Assembly (NCBI GenBank): GCA_013360215.1 | Contig: JABWCP010000001.1 | Span: 153,144 to 217,143, forward strand | Length of the DNA: 64,000 nucleotides | Direction of reading: 5' to 3' | DNA from: a bacterium | Lineage (GTDB): Bacteria > CLD3 > SB21 | Part shown: positions 63,947 through 64,000 of the stretch, piece by piece | Position numbering within the stretch: the stretch's first letter is position 1 | Layout of the letters: every line of letters starts with the position of its first letter | Notes under the pieces: generated by a model | Told to the model about the DNA's origin: nothing | Databases searched by the model: none | The model's input: only the letters and a program-made list of their open reading frames with translations | Program-made: the position numbers and the translations under genes

Positions 63947-64000
63947 TGTATGTCGTTGGTTGTTTAAGTCATTTTATTCTTTGTTTGAGTGTAAAACAAA

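Overview
Bacterial chromosomal window made up mostly of housekeeping and signalling genes. Gene styles (Bacteroidota-type sdhCAB, Reg_prop/Y_Y_Y sensors, MoxR type, EF-P with a PGN loop) suggest an FCB-group-like organism; this is an inference only. From left to right: an AT-rich OLD/AAA_15-type ABC ATPase running off the left edge (missed by the ORF track); class II ribonucleotide reductase nrdJ behind a ~140-nt structured leader; sdhCAB; a secreted four-repeat protein behind a sigmaW-like promoter; acyl-CoA dehydrogenase; GAF-PP2C, MoxR, FadJ and a 52-aa stand-alone MshEN microprotein (also missed by the ORF track); an acylating aldehyde dehydrogenase with a BMC encapsulation-peptide-like tail; a CNNM/CorC protein; a minus-strand rsbU-rsbV-rsbW-PHP-aroA-Gfo/Idh-patatin run; an atypical ECF sigma / anti-sigma-TonB-C / wHTH triad behind a CRP-type palindrome; efp-accB-HAMP kinase; tRNA-Arg(TCT); tonB, a HI0933-family gene, a lipoprotein and gluconokinase; four tandem, tightly coupled beta-propeller sensor kinases with no response regulator; an N-terminal-half carB; a PQQ-repeat protein; and a SAM-I riboswitch-controlled metB-metY-metX-SDR-lysC operon. 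I found no CRISPR array, rRNA, transposase or integrase. All family assignments come from recognising motifs by eye, not from database searches.
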